NCBI GenBank assembly: GCA_032718475.1
Contig: JAUCBJ010001606.1
Span: forward strand, 1 to 64,000
Reading direction: 5' to 3'
Length of the DNA: 64,000 nt
Source of the DNA: Nemertoderma westbladi
Lineage: Eukaryota; Animalia; Xenacoelomorpha
The position numbers and the translations under genes were made by a program. Below are positions 50,001 through 61,900 of this stretch, piece after piece (position 1 is the first letter of the stretch; each line of letters begins with the position of its first letter). Under the pieces are notes generated by a model that saw nothing but the letters and a program-made list of their open reading frames with translations, had not been told where the DNA came from and did no database searches.

Positions 50001-50399
50001 TAATATACTGATTTTACTGGTAACCGCAGAAGGGGGGAGGCCCGGGAGGGTCATTGACCCCTGATCATTTCCATTAACACCAACAGCGGTAAAACACGAC
50101 ACATTATCATTAACCATAGTTAATCTTGGGGACATTGACCTAATGGTTAAACACGACATGTTATCATTAAACATAGTTTTCCTTGGTGGCGTAGACCTCT
50201 GATTATTTCCGTTAACATTAACAGTGGTAAAACACAACACATTATCCTGAAGCACAGTTGTCTTTGGGGACATTGGCCTCTTTAAAGTTAAACAGGACTC
50301 AATATCTTTGTCATTAGCAAACTGTGAACTGGGTATATTTTCCTTTACGGGAATAATTGAAGTAGCTCCGGATTTCTTAACGGATTTAACATTAACCAA
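47064..50399 (-). CDS. LINE ORF2: AP endonuclease plus reverse transcriptase
   Basis: YNAQS, ITETW, GDFNFH, GHTLDL, SDHF (APE). NFRPVSNL, QSAYRPFHGTETAL, LDLSAAFDTVEH, GLPQGSVLGP, YADD (RT). LHWLPV (L2 clade). Listed start is TTG and the first in-frame ATG is at 50273. Confidence 0.96.
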   Translation of the reverse strand: MVNVKSVKKSGATSIIPVKENIPSSQFANDKDIESCLTLKRPMSPKTTVLQDNVLCFTTVNVNGNNQRSTPPRKTMFNDNMSCLTIRSMSPRLTMVNDNVSCFTAVGVNGNDQGSMTLPGLPPSAVTSKISILLYNAQSVNNKAEFIKDYILENTIDITAITETWLTGTIQDHVVINDICPRGSSIKHIPRTRTRGGGVACIHRDSLSMKVSPSDGSTYPTFEYMELTLRHSGSLIRIFIIYRTCPSPANGFTYTQFLDQFADLLQNLITSSGRLIIIGDFNFHVDNNCNAEACKFLEIVSCFGLTQHVEEPTHRHGHTLDLILTYSEDLQLVDNICVHDIGLSDHFAVSFNLNLSKPPLVPCVTSYRDTKSTNWCDLRTDIESSLLCRCPATNVNELSRQYNDILSSLYELHAPLVEKCTKSQPMAKWYNNSIMEAKRKRRRLERRYRKTQLQIDCDAYRQQCNVVAQLLISTKEKFYRGIIDSNIGDNRKLFSVVDKILHHKSNVLPTHDSAYELAERFAVYFDKKIENIRDEMLGVDIEFRQNLPNQTMNCGSAESEVGAKVAPDEEYCSPTDSQFSFSVPKLDHFEEISTDDVAKLIKDSKPKSSPRDPLPTHIVKQYLTTLLSVITMIINLSLTTATFPSLFKEAVLNPIIKKLRLDPEILKNFRPVSNLLFISKLVEKAVANQLMLHLNLHNLHEPMQSAYRPFHGTETALLRVSDEILRGIDDGCAVLLIMLDLSAAFDTVEHSILLNTLEHEIGIAGTALDWFRSYLLGRSQQVRINNSYSQPQQLRYGLPQGSVLGPILFTIYTRSLANVIRKYGLSLHLYADDTQIYITFKKSNLNDAVDITEKCLSEVRAWMDSHLLKMNSDKTKVVMLQSQFGKQVESPHVIIGSETIGCSATARNIGVEIDSHLTLRKHIGITVREAFYHLRNLGKIKRYLSKDNLEILIHALVTSKLDNCNSLYYGLPTDSIKKLQYVQNCAARLLVGLKKSDRQRMTPVLMRLHWLPVQRRIDYKIAMITYKCLNGTAPVYLRDLLSPYTPSRSLKSSHYELLVIPRFNMVHYGKRAFSVAAPTIWNKLPLNVRQSPTIAVFKSRLKTHYFHLDYE

Positions 50400-50444
50400 T
50401 AAATTGGAGTCCCTGTCCTTATCATTAACTATTGAAACATCCAG

Positions 50445-51491
50445 TCAATCTCCACGTTCCGAATTGTGTCGATGTTCACTGCGACGAATAACTCGTGTAT
50501 GCACTCCGTCAAGTTCAATTGGGGATGTAGGTACTACGTGTGAGTTTGCTCGTGAGATATTACCGGTAGTTGGTCTAGCGACAGCGTTGGTGGAGTCTAT
50601 GGCCGCCCGTTCGATGATGTTGTTGCGATATATGACCCATTGTTTGTTAGGTTCCTCTGAGCGCTTCTTTTTTAGAGTTATTCTAAGCACGTACTGCTCG
50701 TGGGCTTGGGCGCGAGTGTAATCGGGATTTATATAGACTGTCCCGAACCGTTCCGAGTTCCTTAGTTTTTTTGCTGCTTTTAGTAGTTGTATGCGCTTAT
50801 CAGGATTCAGAGTCACTATCATTTTCTCTCGGGTATCACCGGAACTAGCTGCAGGTACCTTTATTCGTTTAAGACTGACGATACCCTCAGACAAATCCAC
50901 CCCTACTTCGGCCGCGATATCGACAACAGTATCTTTATCGCTAATCGCGTCAGGAGAGAATATCCCAGATATTACGAGGTTGTCCATTCTCTCAGTTTGT
51001 AAGCGGGTTTCGTTTTGTACCTCCCGTGTAATAGCTACTACAGGAATGCTCCTGCTGATGGTTACCCCGGCGTAGGAATTCTTCTTCTCTGGGTCAACAA
51101 CGTTTTTGCGCTTTCGCTGAACTATGGTGGCCCACGAAGAGTCGACTTCCTGGATTTCAGTGGATGATTCATCCGATAACACTTCTTTAATAGTTACCAT
51201 CTCGTCTACAGTTTTTTGAGCTTCGCTCTTTATATCGTCGATTGCGTCGTTGAATTCTGTGCGCATTGATTTAATAGAAGTATTTACCGAAGACCGCAAC
51301 CGATCCATACAGTCTTTATATTGCTTCGCGTCGTTGGCTACTTGTTGTGAGATTTTATCGATCTCGGCTTGTAGACGAGACTCCATCTCTGTTATTCCGT
51401 CCGTTAGTCGGGATATATGTCTGGCGGAGCACTGGCCACAATAAAACTGCACTTTGTTGAAGTCTATGGAGGTTTTCGTAATACATACCAC
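50445..51491 (-). CDS. LINE ORF1 (zinc-binding remnant, coiled coil, RRM-like/CTD)
   Basis: FYCGQC, NLVISGI, LLKAAKKLR, VYINPDYT..Q. The Cys-rich frame continues upstream past a TAA near 51550. Confidence 0.8.
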   Translation of the reverse strand: MVCITKTSIDFNKVQFYCGQCSARHISRLTDGITEMESRLQAEIDKISQQVANDAKQYKDCMDRLRSSVNTSIKSMRTEFNDAIDDIKSEAQKTVDEMVTIKEVLSDESSTEIQEVDSSWATIVQRKRKNVVDPEKKNSYAGVTISRSIPVVAITREVQNETRLQTERMDNLVISGIFSPDAISDKDTVVDIAAEVGVDLSEGIVSLKRIKVPAASSGDTREKMIVTLNPDKRIQLLKAAKKLRNSERFGTVYINPDYTRAQAHEQYVLRITLKKKRSEEPNKQWVIYRNNIIERAAIDSTNAVARPTTGNISRANSHVVPTSPIELDGVHTRVIRRSEHRHNSERGD

Positions 51492-51978
51492 AGCAGTGTC
51501 ACACGTTGAATTTATTGGTAATTGTCTTAATTTAGTGGTGCAGTTTTGTTAGAGTTCGTGGCACACTGCTGATGAGGAGAACCACGAATCGCAGGGTTCA
51601 ATGTTTAAATCTCCAAAACCCTTTTATTTTTATAAAATGTATTACTTAGACTTACTTACCTTTTCAGCGGACAAAATGTCCAATGTCCTATATTTTTCTT
51701 AATTGATGGGATAGCCATAGCCTATTCGTGCAATATAGTACTTACCGTACCGGTCCGGTACTTGTATTATTACTGAATAATTCTTACATTTGTCTTATAG
51801 TACTGTAGGCCTACTACTTGTAGTTTGGTTTGGTGCATGCAGTTTTCCTTGTGGTATATTTATATTATTATATACATTGATATATTGAGATATTGCTAAC
51901 CGATATTTGGGCATAAAAAACATGAACTTCAGAAGATTCAAATGCTATTAAATTAAACAACAAATATCTAAGTGTTAC

Positions 51979-52120
51979 TACGACAGAGCCCCTAAAGGGA
52001 CATACGAAAAAATTTTCTAACACGTGCGCATGTGATAATTATACGTGATAGTATTATAATTAGTAATACATGTAACATGTATTATATATTTTTTTTCATG
52101 TCCCTTATAGGGGCTCCGTA
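51979..52120. mobile_element. Small MITE
   Basis: GAGCCCCTAAAGGGACAT is inverted to ATGTCCCTTATAGGGGCTCCGTA. Confidence 0.65.
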
Positions 52121-52900
52121 TTCTACAGTAGATTGTATATGAATACAATACCAAGTAAAACGATATACTGTACTAATAATATAAGTTATATAGGAATTTA
52201 TTGCTAGTTATTACTTAGCGTTATGCATTGTTAATAATTATATTTCGCATTTTATTGATATTCATTCGTTGATATACGTTCCATGAGTTCACATAATTAT
52301 ATATGGTGGCGAAGGCGGTGTTCCCTGGGCTTGGTTAGCTGGATACTATTACCAAATAAATATAGGGAATTTACCCAATGTTTAAACGGGGTTCGCTAAA
52401 TGGTTGAGTAGCGGCCGCACCAACATTAGCAAGATAAGGATCAGTAGATGAAGATGAAGCTTCATTTAGCAAATTAACTTACTAAAATAATATAATACAT
52501 ACAAATTAGGATACACGGAACGCTATTATTTATTTATTTATTATTATATTATATTATTTATTTATGTTTAACTAGTTTATATGTATTTAGTAGTCAAACC
52601 AGATGTAAAAATATACTGGCCAGTTAGCCAGTACCGGTAGGTATCTACATAAAAACCAACAAATAAGAAAATAAACTAGTGGCTGGAAACCAGCAAGTTG
52701 TATGCAATCGGAGATCAGCTAAAATGTAGTCAACTGTTTGATAGTTTTCGCATGGGATGGGTATTATGAATAATTATCAACCCAAATGTCGTCAGTATAG
52801 TTCCAAAGGGAGAAGAAACATGTATACAGGCAATACGCAACAAACCAACAACTACTGGGAAACTTGCCTATCAAACTTGCCGCTGTCAAATTTCAGTGTA

Positions 52901-53110
52901 ACTCCCACCTTGCTCTAGTGGTAGTGATAGCATTGAATCCACATCACTACGGAGGTCGTGGCTTTGATCCCCGCATGGGGGCCAGGGCAATTTTCGTTTC
53001 GGCACGTTTAAAGGGTTTAGCCAGGGCGAATCTCTGCTCTGCATCCTTAAATGGTAGCTAATTGAGTACTATAATATCTAGACCGGACCGAGCCATGCTT
53101 GCATCCGGTT
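52901..53110 (+). mobile_element. Possible tRNA-derived SINE
   Basis: A-box-like TGCTCTAGTGGTA and B-box-like GGCTTTGATCCCC. CGGAGGTCGTGG...TAGCCAGG also occurs at ~43570-43618. Confidence 0.35.
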
Positions 53111-53816
53111 GTAGTTACATTGTTACCTTAGTTACTCAGTACTTAGATAGTTATAAATATCTAAATATCCTGTTATTGTTATTTTGGTAATAATAAACAA
53201 TGCTGTGCTACAATTATTATTGTAATAATTGTAAATCGCAATTAAATCTATAAAATTATAATTATATGTTATATAGAGCAACTGTAGCTAAATGAGTACT
53301 GGAGTTTGCTCTGGGGGGTATAGTTAGGGGGGGGGGGGGGGGGCTCACTGTAATTACGTCGCCAGACTATGCGAAATCCCTGGCCTTACGGCCGAAGAAA
53401 ACTTTTATTCTCAGTGGTCGAGCTACTAGGATAACGAAAAATACTTATCCGAATCTGTTTATATAAATTTTATTATTTTTTTTAGAGGATTAAATGGTCC
53501 TTTATTAGATTAGATTAGATTAAATGGGTCCTTTTACCGGCCACCACGGCGCGCTTGTAAAGAAACGTCTGTTACGAGTTTTCCGACAGAGTCTTTCTCA
53601 TTTATATTTAAAAGTTGTCTTCCAAACCAGCTGTAGGCTATCCTCCGTTTTCCCGTATACAAGGATCAGATTCCTGAACACATACGGTCGGGTGTTGTGT
53701 ACCATTATAATTGTGGAAGCTGCGATGCTGTTTTTTAGAATCTTTATTTCTTAAATCATGTAGTTTAAGTTATTTGCGCTTTTTATTGTTGCTTTAATAA
53801 GCTTCAGCTGTAATAC

Positions 53817-55274
53817 AACAACCATTTTCAGGGGGTCGGAGCCCCCCCCCTAATTTTTTTTCAAATTTCAATAAAATGCTACGAAATTCGGTATGATGAT
53901 AGATCGACACCTTTTCTTACTGGTGGCCTGGCCGGATTTTTCAATTTCACAGTTATTTCCATACAACACTCCCTTACAAAATGTCTATTTCGCAATGTTT
54001 AACCACCTACGTAGACTTTATTTTACGTCTTTGAAATGTAATCTAGATATCATTCGAAACGCCTTCGTCTGCAGATTCCGAATCTGAAAACCGTTTTAAA
54101 TCTAACCAAAAATTGGTAAAGATATTATCAAAATACTAATGTGTAAATTCAGAGACGTAAAATCGCTATAATTCTGATGTTTTGTTGTCTTTATTCTAGA
54201 ATATTAATTATTATTGTCTCTCTTATTCAATGCAATCTATTAAAATAACCAAAATTAACACAACCAAATTAAATATATATATAAAGAGTTGATCGATAGA
54301 GTATTTCAGTATTATATGTTTATGTATACATTGTGTATACATTTGTTTATGTGGATCTCAACAGCTCGGCCGTGGGCTAGTATTGTGTCGTTATGTCTCG
54401 TCCACGAAGACCGGCCCCATCGCCAAACCCAAGTCCACGCCAAGATCTGCGACCACCACGGAGGCAAAGAGAACTCGATCTCAGCAGTGCAAATTGCAAT
54501 CTCCGTCGAACGCCTCCCAACACGCTGGCGAGTCCGCGCTCACGCATTGGTTGATGCTTCCCCACCAGGACTTCTACAATGTGATTGATCAGTATCCTGG
54601 TTTCTGGACACCACACACCGTCTGTGGTACCCACGAGCGGAGTGAACGACATCCGTCGGTCTTCACAGACAGTGCGGTAGTGGCGCCTCTTATAGCTGCA
54701 GCGTTCTTCGAGGAGAGACTCGGTGGATCGATTGGCCTGGGCGTACGAGGTGGCGTCAGCGTTTATAATCGCAACATCTAACGACGCCACCCGTTGGTTC
54801 GCCCAGAGCCCTCGCGCTACTAAATCGGCTCGTAATCGTTAATTGTTATTTAGCTGAGCGTTTAAAACTCTCCATCTTGTTTTTTCATTACCCATAATTA
54901 ATATTCTAGAATTGAGTAAAAAAACATTAGAATTATCCGATTTACGTCAAAAATTTTCACTTTTGAAATGAGTTCTTGGTGAAATTTACAGTACAACGGG
55001 ATTCAGATTCAGAATCTGCAGGTGAAGGCGGATCTAATGATATCTAGATTTCATTCCAAAGACGAAAAATAAAGCTGACGGAGGTGGCTAAATATTGCGA
55101 AATAGACGATTATTAACGGCTTGTTGTATCGAAATAGCTCATAAATTAAAAAATCCGGCCAGGCCACCAGTAAGAAAAGGTGTCGATCTATTATCATACC
55201 AAATTTCGTAGCATTTTATTGAAATTTGAAAAAAAATAGGGGTGGGGGGCTCCGACCCCATATAAATGGTTGTT
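53817..55274. mobile_element. MITE with ~270-bp TIRs enclosing a CRE-like fragment
   Basis: AACAACCATTT..GGGGTCGGAGCCCCCC..TAGATCGACACCTTTTCTTACTGGTGGCCTGGCCGGATTTT and its reverse complement at ~55150-55274. Arms extend to ~54088 and ~55002. Confidence 0.85.
54377..54840 (-). mobile_element. Second CRE-like retrotransposon 3' fragment (RLE region)
   Basis: RADLVARG, ASLDVAIINADATSY, KRRHYRTVCEDRRMSFTPLVGTTDGVW, RLQFALLRSSSLCLRGGRR. Clearly homologous to 25424-25900. Confidence 0.8.
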
Positions 55275-55992
55275 TTTTTTAGGGTTATGGTGTATTTTCA
55301 TATGGTTTAAACAATTGATATGTTCAGTCAAAATTTATACCTTTAAATTTTTATGGCGTTAATATTTAATATTAGAAATTAATCTAATGTAGAAAATTAT
55401 TAATCAATGACAAAATCACTAGCAAGCAAAGCAAAATTATTATTTTATTAAAGAAAGTAGCTTGTATATATTTTAGGACATGTTTTAATTACCAATTTTT
55501 TTTAAAAGTAAATTACAATAGTGCCGAAAATTGGGGATAACATGATGAGAAATGCGAATCAGTTAAATTTTGAGAAGGAATTAATATCTATAGAAAAGTT
55601 GCAGGAGCATAAAATCTAAAATGGAGAAAGAAAGATATGAAAATGCAACTAAGAAAGAATATTTTGAACAGATTATGAAGAAAACTTTGCAATTGTTACT
55701 CAATGGACTATTTCGGCAATATTGAGCAGAACTGTACAATATTTACTGTAGAGTTATTTTTTATGTACAAATCTATGATGGGACAACTCCCACAAACTCT
55801 TGAGTCAGTTACTAATAATTATATACTTTTTAGTTCAATAAAACATATTACCAATCACGCAGATATACTTTTGAACATTGTAACAATTATATAATGTTTT
55901 CTACTACAGTATTACGTAAAGAATTGGTCTAAATTACGAGCAGTAAATCGATGGTTATATTATTATTGTTTCGACGTCTACACCTTTTTAAG

Positions 55993-58900
55993 ATGTAATT
56001 CAGAACCGTAATATGTAATTCAGAAATTGTAATATGTAATTCAGAAAGTGTAATATGTAATTCAGAACCGTAATATGTAATTCAGAAAGTGTAATATGTA
56101 ATTCAGAAAGCGTAATCTGTAATTCAGAAAGTGTAATATGTAATTCAGAAAGTGTAATATGTAATTCAGAACCGTAATATGTAATTCAGAAAGTGTAATA
56201 TGTAATTCAGAACCGTAACATGTAATTCAGAAAGTGTAATATGTAATTCAGAAAGTGTAATATGTAATTCAGAAAGTATAATATGTAATTAATTCAGAAC
56301 CGTAATATGTAATTCAGAAAGTGTAATATGTAATTCAGAACCGTAACATGTAATTCAGAAAGTGTAATATGTAATTCAGAACCGTAATATGTAATTCAGA
56401 AAGCGTAATCTGTAATTCAGAAAGTGTAATATGTAATTCAGAACCGTAATATGTAATTCAGAAAGTGTAATATGTAATTCAGAACCGTAATATGTAATTC
56501 AGAAAGTGTAATATGTAATTCAGAACCGTAATATGTAATTCAGAAAGTGTAATATGTAATTCAGAAAGTGTAATATGTAATTCAGAAAGTGTAATATGTA
56601 ATTCAGAACCGTAATATGTAATTCAGAAAGTGTAATATGTAATTCAGAACCGTAACATGTAATTCAGAAAGTGTAATATGTAATTCAGAAAGTGTAATAT
56701 GTAATTCAGAAAGCGTAATCTGTAATTCAGAAAGTGTAATATGTAATTCAGAAAGTGTAATATGTAATTCAGAACCGTAATATGTAATTCAGAAAGTGTA
56801 ATATGTAATTCAGAACCGTAACATGTAATTCAGAAAGTGTAATATGTAATTCAGAAAGTGTAATATGTAATTCAGAACCGTAATATGTAATTCAGAAAGT
56901 GTAATATGTAATTCAGAACCGTAACATGTAATTCAGAAAGTGTAATATGTAATTCAGAACCGTAATATGTAATTCAGAAAGTGTAATATGTAATTCAGAA
57001 AGCGTAATCTGTAATTCAGAAAGTGTAATATGTAATTCAGAAAGTGTAATATGTAATTCAGAACCGTAATATGTAATTCAGAAAGTGTAATATGTAATTC
57101 AGAACCGTAACATGTAATTCAGAAAGTGTAATATGTAATTCAGAACCGTAATATGTAATTCAGAAAGTGTAATATGTAATTCAGAAAGCGTAATCTGTAA
57201 TTCAGAAAGTGTAATATGTAATACAGAAAGTGTAATATGTAATTCAGAACCGTAATATGTAATTCAGAAAGTGTAATATGTAATTCAGAACCGTAACATG
57301 TAATTCAGAAAGTGTAATATGTAATTCAGAACCGTAATATGTAATTCAGAAAGTGTAATATGTAATTCAGAACCGTAATATGTAATTCAGAAAGTGTAAT
57401 ATGTAATTCAGAAAGTGTAATATGTAATTCAGAACCGTAATATGTAATTCAGAAAGTGTAATATGTAATTCAGAACCGTAACATGTAATTCAGAAAGTTA
57501 ATATGTAATTCAGAAAGTGTAATATGTAATTCAGAAAGCGTAATCTGTAATTCAGAAAGTGTAATATGTAATTCAGAAAGTGTAATATGTAATTCAGAAC
57601 CGTAATATGTAATTCAGAAAGTGTAATATGTAATTCAGAACCGTAACATGTAATTCAGAAAGTGTCATATGTAATTCAGAACCGTAATATGTAATTCAGA
57701 AAGCGTAATCTGTAATTCAGAAAGTGTAATATGTAATTCAGAACCGTAATATGTAATTCAGAACCGTAATATGTAATTCAGAAAGTGTAATATGTAATTC
57801 AGAAAGTGTAATATGTAATTCTGAAAGCGTAATCTGTAATTCAGAAAGTGTAATATGTAATTCAGAAAGTGTAATATGTAATTCAGAACCGTAATATGTA
57901 ATTCAGAAAGTGTAATATGTAATTCAGAACCGTAACATGTAATTCAGAACCGTAATATGTAATTCAGAAAGCGTAATCTGTAATTCAGAAAGTGTAATAT
58001 GTAATTCAGAAAGTGTAATATGTAATTCAGAAAGTGTAATATGTAATTCAGAAAGCGTAATCTGTAATTCAGAAAGTGTAATATGTAATTCAGAAAGTGT
58101 AATATGTAATTCAGAACCGTAACATGTAATTCAGAAAGTGTAATATGTAATTCAGAAAGTGTAATATGTAATTCAGAAAGCGTAATCTGTAATTCAGAAA
58201 GTGTAATATGTAATTCAGAAAGCGTAATCTGTAATTCAGAAAGTGTAATATGTAATTCAGAACCGTAATATGTAATTCAGAAAGTGTAATATGTAATTCA
58301 GAACCGTAATATGTAATTCAGAAAGTGTAATATGTAATTCAGAACCGTAACATGTAATTCAGAACCGTAATATGTAATTCAGAACCGTAACATGTAATTC
58401 AGAAAGTGTAATATGTAATTCAGAAAGTGTAATATGTAATTCAGAACCGTAATATGTAATTCAGAAAGTGTAATATGTAATTCAGAACCGTAATATGTAA
58501 TTCAGAAAGTGTAATATGTAATTCAGAACCGTAATATGTAATTCAGAAAGTGTAATATGTAATTCAGAACCGTAACATGTAATTCAGAACCGTAATATGT
58601 AATTCAGAACCGTAACATGTAATTCAGAACCGTAATATGTAATTCAGAACCGTAACATGTAATTCAGAAAGTGTAATATGTAATTCAGAAAGTGTAATAT
58701 GTAATTCAGAACCGTAATATGTAATTCAGAAAGTGTAATATGTAATTCAGAAAGTGTAATATGTAATTCAGAACCGTAATATGTAATTCAGAAAGTGTAA
58801 TATGTAATTCAGAACCGTAATATGTAATTCAGAAAGTGTAATATGTAATTCAGAACCGTAATATGTAATTCAGAAAGTGTAATATGTAATTCAGAACCGT

Positions 58901-61900
58901 AACATGTAATTCAGAACCGTAATATGTAATTCAGAACCGTAACATGTAATTCAGAAAGTGTAATATGTAATTCAGAAAGTGTAATATGTAATTCAGAACC
59001 GTAATATGTAATTCAGAAAGTGTAATATGTAATTCAGAACCGTAACATGTAATTCAGAAAGTGTAATATGTAATTCAGAAAGTGTAATATGTAATTCAGA
59101 AAGTGTAATATGTAATTCAGAAAGTGTAATATGTAATTCAGAACCGTAATATGTAATTCAGAAAGTGTAATATGTAATTCAGAACCGTAATATGTAATTC
59201 AGAAAGTGTAATATGTAATTCAGAACCGTAATATGTAATTCAGAAAGTGTAATATGTAATTCAGAACCGTAACATGTAATTCAGAACCGTAATATGTAAT
59301 TCAGAACCGTAACATGTAATTCAGAAAGTGTAATATGTAATTCAGAAAGTGTAATATGTAATTCAGAACCGTAATATGTAATTCAGAAAGTGTAATATGT
59401 AATTCAGAACCGTAACATGTAATTCAGAAAGTGTAATATGTAATTCAGAAAGTGTAATATGTAATTCAGAAAGCGTAATCTGTAATTCAGAAAGTGTAAT
59501 ATGTAATTCAGAAAGTGTAATATGTAATTCAGAACTGTAATATGTAATTCAGAAAGTGTAATATGTAATTAAAGCGTAATATGTAATTCAGAAAGTGTAA
59601 TATGTAATTCAGAACCGTAATATGTAATTCAGAAAGTGTAATATGTAATTCAGAACCGTAATATGTAATTCAGAAAGTGTAATATGTAATTCAGAACCGT
59701 AACATGTAATTCAGAAAGTGTAATATGTAATTCAGAACCGTAATATGTAATTCAGAAAGTGTAATATGTAATTCAGAAAGCGTAATCTGTAATTCAGAAA
59801 GTGTAATATGTAATTCAGAAAGTGTAATATGTAATTCAGAACCGTAATATGTAATTCAGAAAGTGTAATATGTAATTCAGAACCGTAACATGTAATTCAG
59901 AAAGTGTAATATGTAATTCAGAACCGTAATATGTAATTCAGAAAGCGTAATCTGTAATTCAGAAAGTGTAATATGTAATTCAGAACCGTAATATGTAATT
60001 CAGAACCGTAATATGTAATTCAGAAAGTGTAATATGTAATTCAGAAAGTGTAATATGTAATTCAGAAAGCGTAATCTGTAATTCAGAAAGTGTAATATAA
60101 AATTCAGAAAGTGTAATATGTAATTCAGAACCGTAATATGTAATTCAGAAAGTGTAATATGTAATTCAGAAAGCGTAATATGTAATTCAGAAAGTGTAAT
60201 ATGTAATTCAGAACCGTAACATGAATTCAGAAAGTGTAATATGTAATTCAGGACCGTAACATGTAATTCAGAAAGTGTAATATGTAATTCAGAAAGCGTA
60301 ATCTGTAATTCAGAAAGTGTAATATGTAATTCAGAACCGTAATATGTAATTCAGAAAGTGTAATATGTAATTCAGAAAGCGTAATATGTAATTCAGAAAG
60401 TGTAATATGTAATTCAGAACCGTAATATGTAATTCAGAAAGTGTAATATGTAATTCAGAACCGTAACATGTAATTCAGAAAGTGTAATATGTAATTCAGA
60501 ACCGTAACATGTAATTCAGAAAGTGTAATATGTAATTCAGAACCGTAATATGTAAATCAGAAAGCGTAATATGTAATTCAGAACCGTAATATGTAATTCA
60601 GAAAGTGTAATATCTAATTCAGAACCGTAACATGTAATTCAGAAAGTGTAATATGTAATTTAGAACCGTAATATGTAAATCAGAAAGCGTAATATTTAAT
60701 TCAGAACCGTAATATGTAATTCAGAAAGTGTAATATGTAATTCAGAAACCGTAATATGTAATTCAGAACCGTAATATGTAATTCAGAAAGTGTAATATGT
60801 AATTCAGAACCGTAATATGTAAATCAGAAAGCGTAATAAGTAATTCAGAAAGCGTAATATGTAATTCAGAACCGTAATATGTAATTCAGAAAGTGTAATA
60901 TGTAATTCAGAACCGTAATATGTATTTCAGAAATTGTAATATGTAATTCAGAACCGTAATATGTAAATCAGAAAGCGTAATATGTAATTCAGAACCGTAA
61001 TATGTAATTCAGAAAGTGTAATATGTAATTCAGAACCGTGACATGTAATTCAGAAAGTGTAATATGTAATTCAGAAAGTGTAATATGTAATTCAGAAAGC
61101 GTAATCTGTAATTCAGAAAGTGTAATATGTAATTCAGAAAGTGTAATATGTAATTCAGAACCGTAATATGTAATTCAGAAAGTGTAATATGTAATTCAGA
61201 ACCGTAACATGTAATTCAGAAAGTGTAATATGTAATTCAGAACCGTAATATGTAATTCAGAAAGTGTAATATGTAATTCAGAACCGTAACATGTAATTCA
61301 GAAAGTGTAATATGTAATTCAGAACCGTAATATGTAATTCAGAAAGTGTAATATGTAATTCAGAAAGCGTAATCTGTAATTCAGAAAGTGTAATATGTAA
61401 TTCAGAAAGCGTAATCTGTAATTCAGAAAGTGTAATATGTAATTCAGAAAGTGTAATATGTAATTCAGAACCGTAATATGTAATTCAGAAAGTGTAATAT
61501 GTAATTCAGAACCGTAACATGTAATTCAGAAAGTGTAATATGTAATTCAGAACCGTAATATGTAATTCAGAAAGCGTAATCTGTAATTCAGAAAGTGTAA
61601 TATGTAATTCAGAACCGTAATATGTAATTCAGAACCGTAATATGTAATTCAGAAAGTGTAATATGTAATTCAGAAAGTGTAATATGTAATTCAGAAAGCG
61701 TAATCTGTAATTCAGAAAGTGTAATATGTAATTCAGAAAGTGTAATATGTAATTCAGAACCGTAATATGTAATTCAGAAAGTGTAATATGTAATTCAGAA
61801 AGCGTAATATGTAATTCAGAAAGTGTAATATGTAATTCAGAACCGTAATATGTAATTCAGAAAGTGTAATATGTAATTCAGAACCGTAATATGTAATTCA

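Larger units (their letters stand above)
46901..51600 (-). mobile_element. Near full-length L2-type LINE (ORF1 plus APE-RT ORF2), probably 5'-truncated
   Basis: 3' end GCGCCTT...AAGGCGCTATATAAAT followed by an (ATT)n tail at 46901-46921. ORF2 intact. ORF1 upstream. No TSD found. Confidence 0.9.

Noticed and set aside
51569-51592. Second CTGATGAG as a hammerhead core
   Set aside because: No GAAA or closing stems follow, and it lies antisense within LINE ORF1-like sequence.
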